From contig OX597831.1 of assembly GCA_951406725.2 (NCBI GenBank), positions 9,238,001 through 9,302,000 of the forward strand: a DNA stretch of 64,000 nt, given 5' to 3'. This stretch comes from Octopus vulgaris (lineage: Eukaryota). This document shows positions 12,442 to 25,818 of the stretch, in pieces; position 1 is the stretch's first letter; every line of letters begins with the position of its first letter. Both the position numbers and the translations under genes were made by a program. The notes under the pieces are model-generated. The model was not told the origin of the DNA and ran no database searches. It saw only the letters and a list, made by a program, of their open reading frames with translations.

Positions 12442-12605
12442 AGGCGCAGGCGTGGGTGTGTGTTTAGTAGCTTGCTTACGAACTACATAGCTCCGGGTTC
12501 AGTCCCAGTGCGTGGAACTTTGGGCAAATGTTTTCTGCTATAGCCTCGGGCCGACCAAAGCCTTGGGAGTAGATTTGGTAGACGGAAACTGAAAGAAGCC
12601 CGTCT
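12442..12605 (+). mobile_element. Family A SINE 5' half
   Basis: GGCGCAGGCGTGG..CCGGGTTCAGTCCC..TTGGGCAAATG..GGAAACTGAAAGAAGCCCGTC. Confidence 0.85.
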
Positions 12606-12910
12606 GTGATGTGGTACCAACCAAATTTGATTGATTTAAGTTTGTAAAACTTTTTAGAATATATCACTTCTTTGAATCTTGCTATTGGATAGAGAGGGAA
12701 GGAAGAAATTCTTTGGAGATTAACTACAATAAAACAGATATCTTTTGAAGGGAATTAGATGCTTTTTATCAGCGGTGTCGTACAAACAGAACCAAAGACA
12801 ACCATGTGACAATTCCAGTACTAAACAAAAATATAGTTCAACATTTATTGGAAAACAACGCCCCCAACCCGCACACATATACACATACATATACATACAT
12901 ATATGTATAT

Positions 12911-13001
<91 letters not shown>

Positions 13002-13093
13002 ACTTTTAGATTAGTCATGGTATAAGGAAACAGCGCAGCTGAAGCTTAATGTCTTGCAGATACAAATTAAACTGTTGTTGTTGAATGACATAC

Positions 13094-13125
<32 letters not shown>

Positions 13126-13174
13126 GTAAATATATATATATATATATATGTGTATATATATATATATATGTATG

Positions 13175-13208
<34 letters not shown>

Positions 13209-13212
13209 TGTT

Positions 13213-13297
<85 letters not shown>

Positions 13298-13453
13298 ATA
13301 TGTTCTTTGAACTATAGTTGAACGAATATTACTGCCTAAAGAATATATTTCCAACAGCTGTTGTTGACTGACGAATGTAGTTCAGTGAAAGTATATCAGA
13401 CTTTATCTTGTTCGTTTCTAGTTCATTAAGATTGAAATTAAGCTAAAGTAATG

Positions 13454-13508
<55 letters not shown>

Positions 13509-13984
13509 ACACACACAGACGCACACACATACGCACACACATACACACATACATACATACTTACGTGCGTGCGTATGTGGAGTAAAGAACAGGCGGTGCA
13601 AATGTTTCGGCAGAGTTCAATTATATTACGATATATCATTGGCAGAGATTAGAAATTGTGATATTAAGCATGAACATAACAATACAAAACGGTTTTGATT
13701 AATCTGTTGATCTGCTGCTACAAAATTACTCGTTCAAATACATCTTCTGTAACAAGTGTGAAGTACGCAATACCATGTACCGTAGTGTCTTTAACTGATG
13801 GGCAACCAGATCTATTTCACTTCCTTGTGTCTACTCCTCAAACCGTTCTGTTCCTCGTCTCTTCTTTTTCTTCTCCACCCCACCCACCTTCTCAACACTT
13901 CATCCTTTTCCTTTATTCAAATACACTGGAAAAGCGTCTTCTATTGTAACATTCGGGTCAACCAGAGCCACATGAGTGAGGCCC

Positions 13985-14182
13985 ACTGAAACACCACATG
14001 CAGTCAAATGGAGAATCGAAGAAGTGTCTACGCCACATGGAAATAAATTTAAGAACTGCGACTTATGTGTAGCTGGAAGATCGTGCATTCTCTGTGGATA
14101 TCAGAATTTCGCAACACTAATTAATTCCAGATCCGAAATTTTCAACAGATGCAAACATACAGACAAGTTACTTCCGAGGTAA
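13985..14182 (+). mobile_element. Penelope-like element GIY-YIG endonuclease C-terminal remnant
   Basis: VKWRIEEVSTPHGNKFKNCDLCVAGRSCIL..TLINSRSEIFNRCKHTDKLL* matches the PLE C-terminal pattern W.I......Y.....C.LC..EK..I......LN.RSE....CRH..K..L. Confidence 0.7.
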
Positions 14183-14623
14183 AGTCTTGCCCCCAGCCGC
14201 AACCTATTGGCTTCTACAGACGAGGTCTTCACAATTGCATAAAGCCATGGGAGAAGTGTGTCACCATTGGTGGTGGCTATGTAAAGAAGGACGAATAATT
14301 ATGTCAAATTTCGATTAAACCATTCCTTAGGAAGTGGGTCAAAGGAAATATTTAATGAACACCGTTAGTATGTTATCCTGATCTGTTGTAGCTACATTAT
14401 TGCATTTAAGGTGAGTACAAGGTAATTAATTGCTTCTTATTTCTAGAAAATTCATTGACCACATAAGAGTTGATGTCGTGCCTGTGGCATCATCGTTTAG
14501 ACTACATGGAAAAGAATGTGACCGAAATATTATATGCTTTCCATAGATAAGATGCTTATAACTAGTCAGACACTTCCGAGGTTTACTGAGATTGTTGTCG
14601 TCGTAAGTTATTTATTGTTACAG

Positions 14624-14713
<90 letters not shown>

Positions 14714-14732
14714 TTATATGGACATATATATA

Positions 14733-14883
14733 TTTTTCTCTCCTTTTTTTTCTGTGTCCCTTTCTGTAGAAGAGCGTAGGCTCGAAACGTAAAAGACTTT
14801 TTCTATTCCTGAGCGTTATACTAATACATCTGTTTGTTTGTTTTGTACACCTGTCTTCGTCTTTTGTTGTTTTCGTAAACTCT

Positions 14884-14887
<4 letters not shown>
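14733..14887 (+). mobile_element. Short Penelope pLTR-like repeat with a hammerhead-like motif, copy 2
   Basis: Near-identical to 11708-11850. It sits between (TA)n tracts, with the motif at 14760-14795. Confidence 0.7.
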
Positions 14888-14941
<54 letters not shown>

Positions 14942-15005
14942 ACGTATACATACATATATATATACATACATATATATATGCATATATATATACATATATA
15001 TGCAA

Positions 15006-15060
<55 letters not shown>

Positions 15061-15450
15061 TGTACGTGTGTGGGAGTGTATACCATTTATTAGATATTGA
15101 AAGTGCGAAATATATGAAGCGTTCTTCTATATTTGACTTAGACTACATTCAATCTAGCGTTTCTAAATTTTTCCTTTTTATAGCAAATGGCAGTATGATA
15201 TATAAAGTGGCCGTTAAACGCTAAACACACTTACTTATTAATGTATATATGAATGTGTCTTACACATCCACACACGCACACACCTACACACTCGTGCGCC
15301 CGAGCGTGTGTATATATATATGTGTGTGTGTGTGTGTGCATGTATAGTTTTATATGCAATATAAATCAACACCGACTCATAAATATGATAACCCACAAAT
15401 CGAAAGACAATATTTCCTCTAAATATTATGAGTCACTAAATCATTATCCG

Positions 15451-15481
<31 letters not shown>

Positions 15482-16111
15482 GTGTGTGTGTGTAAATACA
15501 CATATATGTATGTTTACATATATATACATGGTTACATATACACATAATTTTTTAATCTTTGTAAACATAATGCAATAAACCGTTGTCGTGATTAACTGTG
15601 GTGCTTCAGTATTCAACCGCAATTTCAAAACCCACCGCAGAAGATGCAGATAACAACAGAGGCGAAACGTACGTAGGGAGGAAATTATATAGGCTGCAAC
15701 TTATGACTATGAATGGTAGCTGTGTGAGTATATGTACCTATGTATATATTTATATATTTATGCCTGTATGTATTTATGTGTGTATATTCTCTTCTGTTTT
15801 AAAATTAAAGGAATCTTCCTCCGAGGAATGAGTTTCTTTTAAAGGAAGATTCCAACTCCATCGTTGGAATGTAGATTACAAAAGCAAGTTCACATTTTGA
15901 ACACGAAAAAGTCTGAGCACAAAAACTAAAAGACTGGAATATGCCACTCAACAAACAGTTGAAAGTGTCTACGGCCCATTTGTCACAATCGAGGTAAGAT
16001 TCGACACAAAAGAGCACACAAAAGAACTCTCAACAAGAACTCTGCAATGCGAAGAATTTATAATGATCTCCATTTACCTCGGTCGTCGGGTGACAAAGGT
16101 ATAAATTAAAG

Positions 16112-16112
16112 A

Positions 16113-16181
<69 letters not shown>

Positions 16182-16190
16182 GTTTGTCTA

Positions 16191-16277
<87 letters not shown>

Positions 16278-16290
16278 CTATCTATCTATC
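16112..16290. repeat. (TATC)n microsatellite
   Basis: Read directly from the sequence. Confidence 0.95.
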
Positions 16291-17961
16291 TACCTTTCTC
16301 ATGTATCTGGCCATGTTTCTATTTATATGCATATAGATGGGAAGATGACCAAGCGTTTCGCTAAACTGAGAACATAAAGCCGAAACCTGTGTGAGACGAC
16401 TGACGTGTGTACTTGGGACGATGTATTCGCCTGGGAACGTGAGGTCGTTGCCCGTGAATGGCCACAGTCCAAGAACTGAGAAACCAATAAATGGACTTTA
16501 AATAATATAATTATTTCTACGTTACTACATCGTTGGTCACTCTTCACGTTCTCTCCCTCTCTCCTCCGCTTACCTCACTTTTCTTCTCTTTCTCTTTCAC
16601 TTCCTACTTTCACTTTTACCAAAGTTCCGGAATCATACTCCAGATTTTTTTTCCAGTTGAAGAGATTTGATTTCCATCCAGAAAGTCTGCTTGGAACCTG
16701 AGACCAGATATGCAATATGGAGATTAATTTCCTTAAGAAGTGTACTGGAATTAAATTCATGTTTATTCAATGCCGGGGAAACAGTTCAAAGAAATGCAAC
16801 GGTCTTAGATATAACTGTTTATCATTACAATCGTTGTTATTATTTCGCACGATATTTAGCAAGTGCTGAAGGTCGATTCCATCGACGTTCTCTCCCCCAT
16901 CCATCCTTGCTATAGAATACAAATTCACGGTCTTGTGCCAATGTCAGTGATCAATACTTGGTATATTTAGAAAGTATCTGTAGAAACTAAATGATTTTAA
17001 TATTGCTTCGTTAATATCGATCTTTTATAAAATCAATCTGAGTTCAGACCACTGCAAAGCTGTAAGTGGAAGATATGTAAACGATTGAATTTAACGCACT
17101 ATGTTGGATATATTCAATGACCATGGATTGATGGAAAGCAAAATTAATTTAAGTCTGATTTGAACTCAGATTATAAACAAATAAAAAGTAAATTGTAAAA
17201 ACTTATTTCAGTCGCATCTTCACCAGAATTTTCCATGCAGTGACTCCTGTACATTTTCTGGTGTTATTTCGACAAACAGTTTAAAGTATATGGGCCACAG
17301 TATATTACAGGTATTCCTTTGATAATATTTCGGTGTCATCATCCCATTTCTTCTCCGTCTTTGTATGGTCACTTCTAGAAAATTTTTACCCTCTATAGTC
17401 TGTCTACCCCGCCCCCGGAGGAAGACGAATTATTGGTATTCTTCTATAGAGGTGGAGAGGTAGAAAAGGTGGTGGAAAAGCCTGCACACAGGATCTCGAA
17501 TGGCCTCCGCAGATAGCTGTGGAGGTCATAACGTTGCCCGTGATGAATAGGCTGAAGGGACTTAATGAGGAATATCACTTGTACCCGGGCGACGCCGACA
17601 CGGCACCCACTTTGATCTAGAATGAGGCGTGGGTGATGGCGGAGTATGCGGGCGCAAGCGATGTTGAAGAGGTTGAAAAGCCTCAGTGTTATTGAAAGTT
17701 CCGAGTTTGCAAAGAACGGTAAGAGGCTTAGCGCCTCATTTTGTTATTGAATTTTTATTGAATATTGTGAACAGTGTAGAGGTTTGTTGCTTCATGAACA
17801 CTATACAAGAGATCAATGTACTCAGGAAAAATCGATCGGCGGGCATCGTTCCCCACCCCCATTAAACTTCATTTTCATTTTCATTTCAAATATCATTATG
17901 TCTACGTCTAGCCGCAGCTTCCTTTCTCTGTGTAAGGCCTTATGGCCAATATAATGAAATA

Positions 17962-18100
17962 AAGAAGCTTGCTTCCCAACCACATGGTTCTGGGTTCAGT
18001 CCCACTGTGTGGCACCCTGGCCACGTGTCTTCTACTATAGCTTCGAGCCTATCCAAACTTTGTCAGTGGTGTTAGTAGACGGAAACTGAAAGAGTCCATC

Positions 18101-18102
<2 letters not shown>
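17962..18102 (+). mobile_element. Family A SINE head followed by (TA)n
   Basis: AGAAGCTTGCTTCCCAACCACATGGTTCTGGGTTCAGTCCCACTG..GGAAACTGAAAGAG. Confidence 0.8.
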
Positions 18103-18154
<52 letters not shown>

Positions 18155-18216
18155 GTTAGAGCGGACGACAAACAGTATATATATAAAGAGGGGTTGTATT
18201 TCCACGCAGGAAAAAA

Positions 18217-18344
18217 TATAGGCAAATTAGTTGTTGAAAATGCACCTAAATTTGTAAAACTTGTAAATGTTTAAAATAACTTTATTTTAAACAATTACAA
18301 GTTTTTCAAATTTAGGTGCATTTTCAAAAGTAAATTTGGCTATA
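18217..18344. repeat. ~128-bp imperfect inverted repeat (hairpin)
   Basis: TTGAAAATGCACCTAAATTTGTAAAACTTGTAAATGTTTAAAATAA pairs with TTATTTTAAACAATTACAAGTTTTTCAAATTTAGGTGCATTTTCAA. The centre is near 18280. Confidence 0.9.
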
Positions 18345-18925
18345 TATATATATATGTATGTATGTATATGTATACGTATGTATAATAAAACTACGGTACA
18401 CTGCATGGGAGAATTTGTATATACATAGCTTTTTTTTTAAAAAACAAACGTTAAGTGGTGAAGGTAAAACTCAACAAATGCTAAAGTTTTATAATGGATT
18501 TTAAGTGATGAAAATAAAAAAAAAAATATTTGCTTGTCTTTCCTTTTTTCTATATCCATTTTTAGTCTTCTACTGTAAGTACATATTTATTTCTCTGATA
18601 GTTTGCTGGTTTCTTTATTAGCTTCGTTGAAAAATATTGATATGTTTTTGTGCTTACAGAATGTCTAATGTCAGCAGTGTTTTCCTTCAGCAAAACTTTA
18701 CCGAGTAATGTAGGACAAGTAGCCAGAACTTTAGAAAGCTGACTTTGCGTTATGCTAAGAAAGCTAACTGTACAAAGCCAGGTTTTGAGGACTGGGATAT
18801 GTGGACAATGGCACGGATTAAGAATCGCATAAAGACGACAAAAAAAGATTGGGCGACAGAAAATCCGAATGCCAATAACTCTGTATTTAGTTACTTAGAA
18901 AGGTCTTACGCACAGAGATACGTTT

Positions 18926-19001
<76 letters not shown>

Positions 19002-19132
19002 GCCATTTGTCTGTCTGTCTCTGTCTCTGTCTCTCTCTCTCTATGTATCTATCTATGTCTCTCCTTCTCTCTATCTATACGTTAGTATGTATGTGTATAA
19101 ATATATATGAATATATGTATCTGTATATATGC

Positions 19133-19185
<53 letters not shown>

Positions 19186-19294
19186 CATATATATACACAC
19201 ACACATTATATACATATATATATATATATATACACACATATATATATACATACATACATATATATACATATACATACATATATATATATACATA

Positions 19295-19388
<94 letters not shown>

Positions 19389-19546
19389 CATATATATATT
19401 TATGTATAATTTCATACATATTTGTAGAGGAATATATTTTCATCCCCCAAAACCTAGACAGTTTAGATTTGAAAATAATTATAAAATACTGCAAAGAGAA
19501 AGACAGAAATCGTAGCAATATAGATTTGCAATTCAGTCACACACAC

Positions 19547-19620
<74 letters not shown>
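18926..19620. repeat. Compound (TATC)n/(TA)n/(CA)n microsatellites
   Basis: Read directly; these tracts explain the YI/HT-repeat ORFs. Confidence 0.95.
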
Positions 19621-19622
<2 letters not shown>

Positions 19623-20109
19623 ACAGAGTTTTTCTCCTTAATGGCTATCCATAAACGGCTTAGTCGTTCAGGCTCCTAAACATCCAGAAAAAAACACAAA
19701 TCAGGATCTTGCATCCAATCATTTTCTGTAACGTCCGAGACAAGAGAAAGCTGAATCTGTTAGCCATGGTGCCTCTGTGGCATTGCTGATATTAGTATTA
19801 TTGGTTAATCCCAAGTAATTCCTGGTTGATCATTTCTGTCACGAAAGGTGTATGGCTGGAATCTATTTTCATATATAATCGATCACTTCATTCTATTTTC
19901 CCGCCTTCTTGAAGATGGCGCGATTATAAGATTTAAGGCCGATTTGGTTGCTATTTCTAAAAATGCTGACGAGGGTTCAGACGATAGAGACGCAATCTAT
20001 GGGACGCTGAAAAATGGTCACTTTGCTTGTAGAATTGATTTAAGTTCTTTGCCATGGATGGAAGTACGAACGCAATCATTCCTATTTCCAACTCCATTAC
20101 CACACACCA

Positions 20110-20138
20110 CTCTTTCTCTCACTATCTCTCTCTCTGTA

Positions 20139-20169
<31 letters not shown>

Positions 20170-20179
20170 GTCTATCAAT

Positions 20180-20239
<60 letters not shown>

Positions 20240-20273
20240 ATATATATATATATATCCATCCGTCTATCTATCA

Positions 20274-20367
<94 letters not shown>

Positions 20368-20368
20368 A

Positions 20369-20406
<38 letters not shown>

Positions 20407-20545
20407 GCTATCTGTCGCTCAATCTATCTCTCTATCTCTCTTTCTCTATGTATGTATGTATGCATGCATGTATGCATGTATGTATGTATGTATCTGTTTA
20501 TCTCTCACTCTCTCTCACTCTCTCTCCCTATCTATCTATCTATCT
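20110..20545. repeat. (TATC)n-dominated microsatellite
   Basis: Read directly from the sequence. Confidence 0.95.
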
Positions 20546-20876
20546 AGCTCTTGAGTAGACAGTGCTCAATCTACAACTCATCGATCCTTATACCAATCAC
20601 GCTGACCAATTATCCCATCAACCTCTGAGTAGACCAAGAATCTCTCTACCTTCAACTGATAATGCGACAGAATTGGTGAAATATAAATATTTTAACAGAG
20701 ATGAAATGCAGTTTTAGAAGTCAACAAAAGGACACACTTCATTCACAGTAATCAATATATTTGACTGCAATAAACGAGAATATATATAACTAATGGATTG
20801 GGAGAATTGGTTTATCTCTTCCTTTCCCTCTCTCTATTCCTCCCCCTCTCTCTATTCCTCCCCCTCTCTCTCTTTG

Positions 20877-21204
20877 TCTATAAAATGGACGTCTGTGTGT
20901 GAGAAAATCAAAGATGGACGTCCGTGTGTGTATGTGAGGAAATATTTCAATGCATTTACATAAATTATTTTTATTTTAATTTGCTGTCTGGCCTGGGTTA
21001 ATATTTCTACAATTTTTGCCACTTTTTATGGTTCTATACTAGATTCGTTGTATTATTTCTCTGCTTTTTATTGTTTTATTTTTTCCGTGTTTTATGTCTG
21101 AGAGACAAGTACTTTACAACTGAATGCATTTTGCAAGCATTATTCACTTGTTAAGCAACACCCTCATACACAACCACGGGCAAACTCGTGCACAAGGTTT
21201 CTAG
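20877..21204 (+). mobile_element. Probable non-autonomous Helitron
   Basis: It starts 5' TC(TATAAAATGG). At the 3' end a hairpin CACGGG-CAAA-CTCGTG (21175-21190) lies 10 nt upstream of the terminal CTAG (21201-21204), which is followed by T. Confidence 0.55.
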
Positions 21205-21253
21205 TTTTAGGCATATATGGATACTAATATGTAGGCTCTTTGTCTAATATATA

Positions 21254-22490
21254 TCTAGTGATCCTATACAACGGCGCGCGCTCGCGCACCGTTCATTTGT
21301 ATTTCGCGCGTGCGGGGTTGGTGCTTTCACCACCGGAAGAAGAACCCTTTTGCCTACGTAGCAGTTAGCCGAGGCAAGGGGATCGTAAGACGTTGACTAC
21401 CAGCGTCCAGCAAGCAGGACTTGAGACAGCTGTGACTGAAGGCGACGGTCACGTATATTTTCTCTCCGTCCGAACTTGATTCTAGCAGCACCTTACCAAA
21501 AGGCCTTTAACCAAATTGTTGCAGACAACATCTCCCTGTTCCGGACGCCATCTTTGACCAGTGTCGTTTTGCATTTGAACACTTTCTTATTTTACAGAGA
21601 TAAGGTTCAGCACGACACATTTATACCAAAGGGATACCAGATAACCACTTATTGTTACTGTTACCACATTAGAGAATAAAGTAGTATATATATCTTTTAC
21701 GTCTGCGTCTTGTTGTTTCTGACTGGTAGAATTCTAGATTATTAAAGCAACGGCTAGTGATGGCTTTCTCGCACCCCCAAAAGGTCCAGGATCAACCACT
21801 AAGTTCGTTTACAGTGGTGACCCCCGACGTGATTCTGGTCTAAAACCAGAGATCACTGGTCAACAAAAAAAAATCCAGTTTTTCTGCGAAGTCGGAACAC
21901 GATTTAACTCTACGCAGTCATCATCTTTCGACGATTTGTTTCCGGACACCACAAACAGTTGTAGAAGGAGCCTCTTTCTTATTCTACAGCCATGATGACG
22001 AACGCCATCATATCAACGATGCCTTTTCTCCACCTTCGTCATCGCCATCGTCGTCTTTCTACTTCACGTCGTCGTTATCTTCGTCGCCATCAACACTAAG
22101 AACAATGTTGTCTCAAGTCCACTACAGTCGCCTTCCACCACCACCGTCGCCTTTCAACACCGTCGACCTCCACAAGATGTACATAGCAAATCGCGGAACT
22201 TTAGCCCACATGCCGTTTGTGCATTAGCACACCAAGAATTAACAGCCCAGTCTATCCGCGAGATTCTTCTGTAACGATTTAACCTGTCACAGCATCGAAG
22301 CTACAACCGCTACACATTGTGTTCAACCGGCATCTGCATTTTGTGATTTCAACATTTCTGTTACAGAACGAACTGCTATTGTGCATCAGGCTATTACAGA
22401 CTGGTAAACTAACTCCATTGTCTGGAATAGCCTTGAGAGACATTTTTTTCTATGCGCTGTATTTATTTTTTGCTCGCATTTCACCTTGTA
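21254..22490 (+). mobile_element. LTR retrotransposon 5' fragment (LTR about 21254-21813, PBS, leader); probably Ty3/gypsy
   Basis: A GC-richer block with AATAAA (about 21676) ends in ..TACA and is followed by a tRNA-Trp PBS. No gag/pol is recognisable. The left and right boundaries are approximate. Confidence 0.65.
21815..21833 (+). promoter_or_regulatory. Primer-binding site complementary to the tRNA-Trp 3' end
   Basis: TGGTGACCCCCGACGTGAT versus the canonical Trp PBS TGGTGACCCCGACGTGAT (one extra C), 1 nt after the LTR-terminal CA. Confidence 0.8.
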
Positions 22491-22593
22491 TGTATTTTTG
22501 TCGCACACACGTACACACACATAAATGCTATCTCTCACATACATACGTCACACATGCTTTTCTCGCTTGTTTTTTCCATGCTAAATATATATA

Positions 22594-22788
22594 TATACTT
22601 TATTTAAAAGCAGCAGAAATGTAACAAAAACAGTTTAACAAAACTGTCCGACGAACGGGAACGTGAAACTCCGAGCAACAGCTTTTGTTTATTTCTATTT
22701 CTGCTGCTTTTACATAAAGCATATTACTCTACCTCTTGTATTTGAGTACTCTTTGTTCCACATTATTTCACATTTATGTGCTTACTCC

Positions 22789-22790
<2 letters not shown>
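22594..22790 (+). mobile_element. Penelope pLTR-like repeat with an inverted 5' segment and a hammerhead-like motif
   Basis: Inverted arms at 22594-22620 and 22697-22723 enclose CTGT-CCGACGA-ACG-GGAA-CGT-GAAA-CTCCGAG-CA-ACAG. Both ends abut (TA)n. Confidence 0.65.
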
Positions 22791-22849
<59 letters not shown>

Positions 22850-22946
22850 ACATATATCTACAGAAATACAAAAAAAAGTAGACTCAACACACACAGATAC
22901 ACACATATATAGACATACGCATACACACACAGAGGTATGTATGTAT

Positions 22947-23775
22947 GTCCATGCAGCCGTCTTCTCCACCGTGAGGGCAGAATCCTCAGGCATCTCTTCT
23001 CTAAGGTCCAATCAGAAGCCTTACAGAGGTCATTCTATTTCCGATATGAGACTATTATCTAAGCATATCGTCCTTGGTCTACCCCCAGGTCTCTCGTCGG
23101 CTTGTTTGGCTTGAAGAATTCGTCTTGCGATTCTTTCTAATGATATTCTACTCACAATTCAGTAATACCAGAGCTGTGAACCCTCAATACAGAAAAGTAT
23201 CCGCTTGACCCGGAGAGACATCCCGATCTTTGGTCCACTCATTTTGTTGTGCAACATTACACCAGAGATACTTCCGAGAGACGTCATTTCGGCCGGTTCT
23301 TTTCTCGATCAGACTCTTTTTCGGTCATTACCAGCATCGATGAAAGCCACGCCAATCGAATTGAAGTCAACGAGTTTGGCGTTTTTACCACCCACTCCTC
23401 TTCTGAGGACCGAATGCTAGTGCTGGCGCTGGCGCATTATTTTGCCAGTACCTGCAGTTCTAGCATCCGATTCAGCCTCCTGTCGCCCATCACTTGTGAA
23501 TATGACACCGAGATGCTTCCATATCTCCACCTGTCACAGTGAAGATCCACTGACATGCGAAATACCAGGGACGGGTTTCTAGAGAGAAAATGCCTCAGTC
23601 TTCGTAACACTAATTCTTCTCCCCACTTGCAGCACTTGGCATCGAACCCATTCAGTGCATGCTGGAGATCATATTCCAATATGCTAAATAGCACCATGTC
23701 GCCTGCAAATATCGGCCAACAGATTTAAAAACCCCTGCGACCATGAAACAACTTATCTCTCCCTCCCTACGATGT
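22947..23775 (-). mobile_element. RTE-clade LINE RT fragment with 3' end (degraded)
   Basis: The minus strand gives IFAGDMVLFSILEYDLQHALNGFDAKC (degenerate FADD motif) and frameshifted KTEA, QVE..KHLGVIFTSDGRQEAE and downstream PxGRPRT segments. The tail runs into (CATA)n. Confidence 0.75.
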
Positions 23776-23971
23776 ACTTTCCTGAGGAGAGAAGAAAACC
23801 AGTTGAATTTTTAATGGCATTTGGAAGAGGGTCCCTTGTCACAATGTCAAAGAATTGCCTGCCAGAATATTACAATATTTTCTTTAGCCAGTCTAAAGGC
23901 AAACTCCAAAGTCCCCCGTGACTTAGCCACGCGATTTTTTAGTACACACACACAAGCGCGCGCGCGCACGC

Positions 23972-24044
<73 letters not shown>

Positions 24045-24066
24045 CACACACGCATGCACACACACA

Positions 24067-24128
<62 letters not shown>

Positions 24129-24394
24129 GGCCATCTTTCACTTTCCGTCAACCAAATCTGCTCAAAAAATTTGATCGGCTTGCTGTTATTGCAGAAGATA
24201 GCTGCACGAAATACTGCGTTTTGACAAAAGAGATCAATAGAATAACCACTGGTTAAAAACATAAATACTGCAGTCAGTTTGTCCGATTAAACCTTCAAGG
24301 CAGAGCTCCAGTATGGCTGCAATCCAATGAGTGAAAGAAGTATAAGATAAAAGACGAGAGATATGCGCATGTGTGTCTATACACATTCATTCAT

Positions 24395-24575
24395 TTATAC
24401 ATACATACTTACATACATATATACATACATACATACATACATACATGCATGCATACATACATACATACATACATACATACATACATACATACATACATAC
24501 ATACATACATACATACATACATACATACATACATACATGCATGCATTCATACATACATGCATACATACATGCATC
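24395..24575. repeat. (CATA)n microsatellite
   Basis: Read directly from the sequence. Confidence 0.95.
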
Positions 24576-25818
24576 ATGAAGCCATAGATAGACTGGTGAT
24601 TGCTACTGAGACAGGCAAAGAAATAAAGATTCGAAGAGATAAACTAGGCTGGTTAGAAAGATCAAAGAGACTAAAAGAGTAAAGAGATTACATTTCCAAT
24701 CTATGGCAGAGATTTGTGAGTCCAAGAGATGAAGAAATTCCCAGTCTCAGAGAAACTAATCAAATTTCGAATTGTAGAAAAAAGAAGAAATTTATCTGCA
24801 AAACATGCCAATGGTCGTTGTCAATATTGGAGGCGTTTGTAGCCGAGATGAAAAACAAGACTACACAGAACTATGGTGGGAAGCAGGTAAAGAAAGAATG
24901 CTAAAGAAGATTAAATGAAATGATAAGGGGATATTGACCAAGACTCTAAGCAAAAAATTTTAAGGTTTCGGAATGCAAATGGACATATATTCGGTCATTT
25001 ATCACAGAGACTATATTAGCACAAACATTTAACCCTCCACCGCATGCACACATCTCTGCGGCATGATTTTTCAACAAGTAGTATAATACTCGATCAGTTA
25101 AGAGAGTAAAGTTATCATTATAACAGAGGGTAGTAACCACTTTCCCTACAGCCATAGGTATGAAAAGATATTGAATAGTCACGCATGTAAAATCACATAT
25201 TCATGCTACTCTAATGTATAGGCCTACGTAAATAAAGAGCTGATGACTTGGACTTGTAATGGGTGCACCTGCAGACATAAACAATGTGTCCTCTAGAGCC
25301 TCTATGCGATTTGACCTCCGTTGATTATGAAGCATAGGTATCAGGAAACTATGACAACGGCCATTTGTAAGAACCCACGAGACGGATAGGAGCTGTATAG
25401 TGTGTAGAGTAAACCTGCAAATAAACTATAAAACAAGGAACGTGGTCTATAGTATAAGGTGTACAGAGGAACGGTACAGAAACATGACAAAAAGTAAATT
25501 GGATAGATATTACGTAGCATAGGTGAACTGACGAGTGGACACTGGCGGGAGTTCAAGAAGAAGAAAAGCTGATCAGTGGTCTACAAACAGAATTAGAACA
25601 TGGGGATTCGGTTGACAACATAGATGTTAGGATCTTATCAACGCATAGAACAGGCACAACAATCAGACAGATTACAGAGATCACACACACCATAGAAGAT
25701 AGAGAGAGCCTCTTCAGAAAACGCGAATCCAATAAAAACAGAAATAAAGATCAAATAAATAATGCCTGCATTCAATTGGCAAACTATGACTGTCTCTGAG
25801 TATCTGTATATCTGTATA

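Noticed and set aside
14392-14416. Possible 19-nt micro-exon with a strong AAG|GTGAGT donor; similar isolated splice-like sites near 6760, 30725, 49377, 53440 and 54035
   Set aside because: Isolated splice signals are common by chance in AT-rich DNA, and no coherent reading-frame chain was found.
19848-20110. Non-repetitive N-terminus of the 236-aa ORF
   Set aside because: No recognisable domain or splice support. It overlaps a GCTATTTCTA-type old repeat motif also seen near 10638 and 52949, and runs into (TATC)n.
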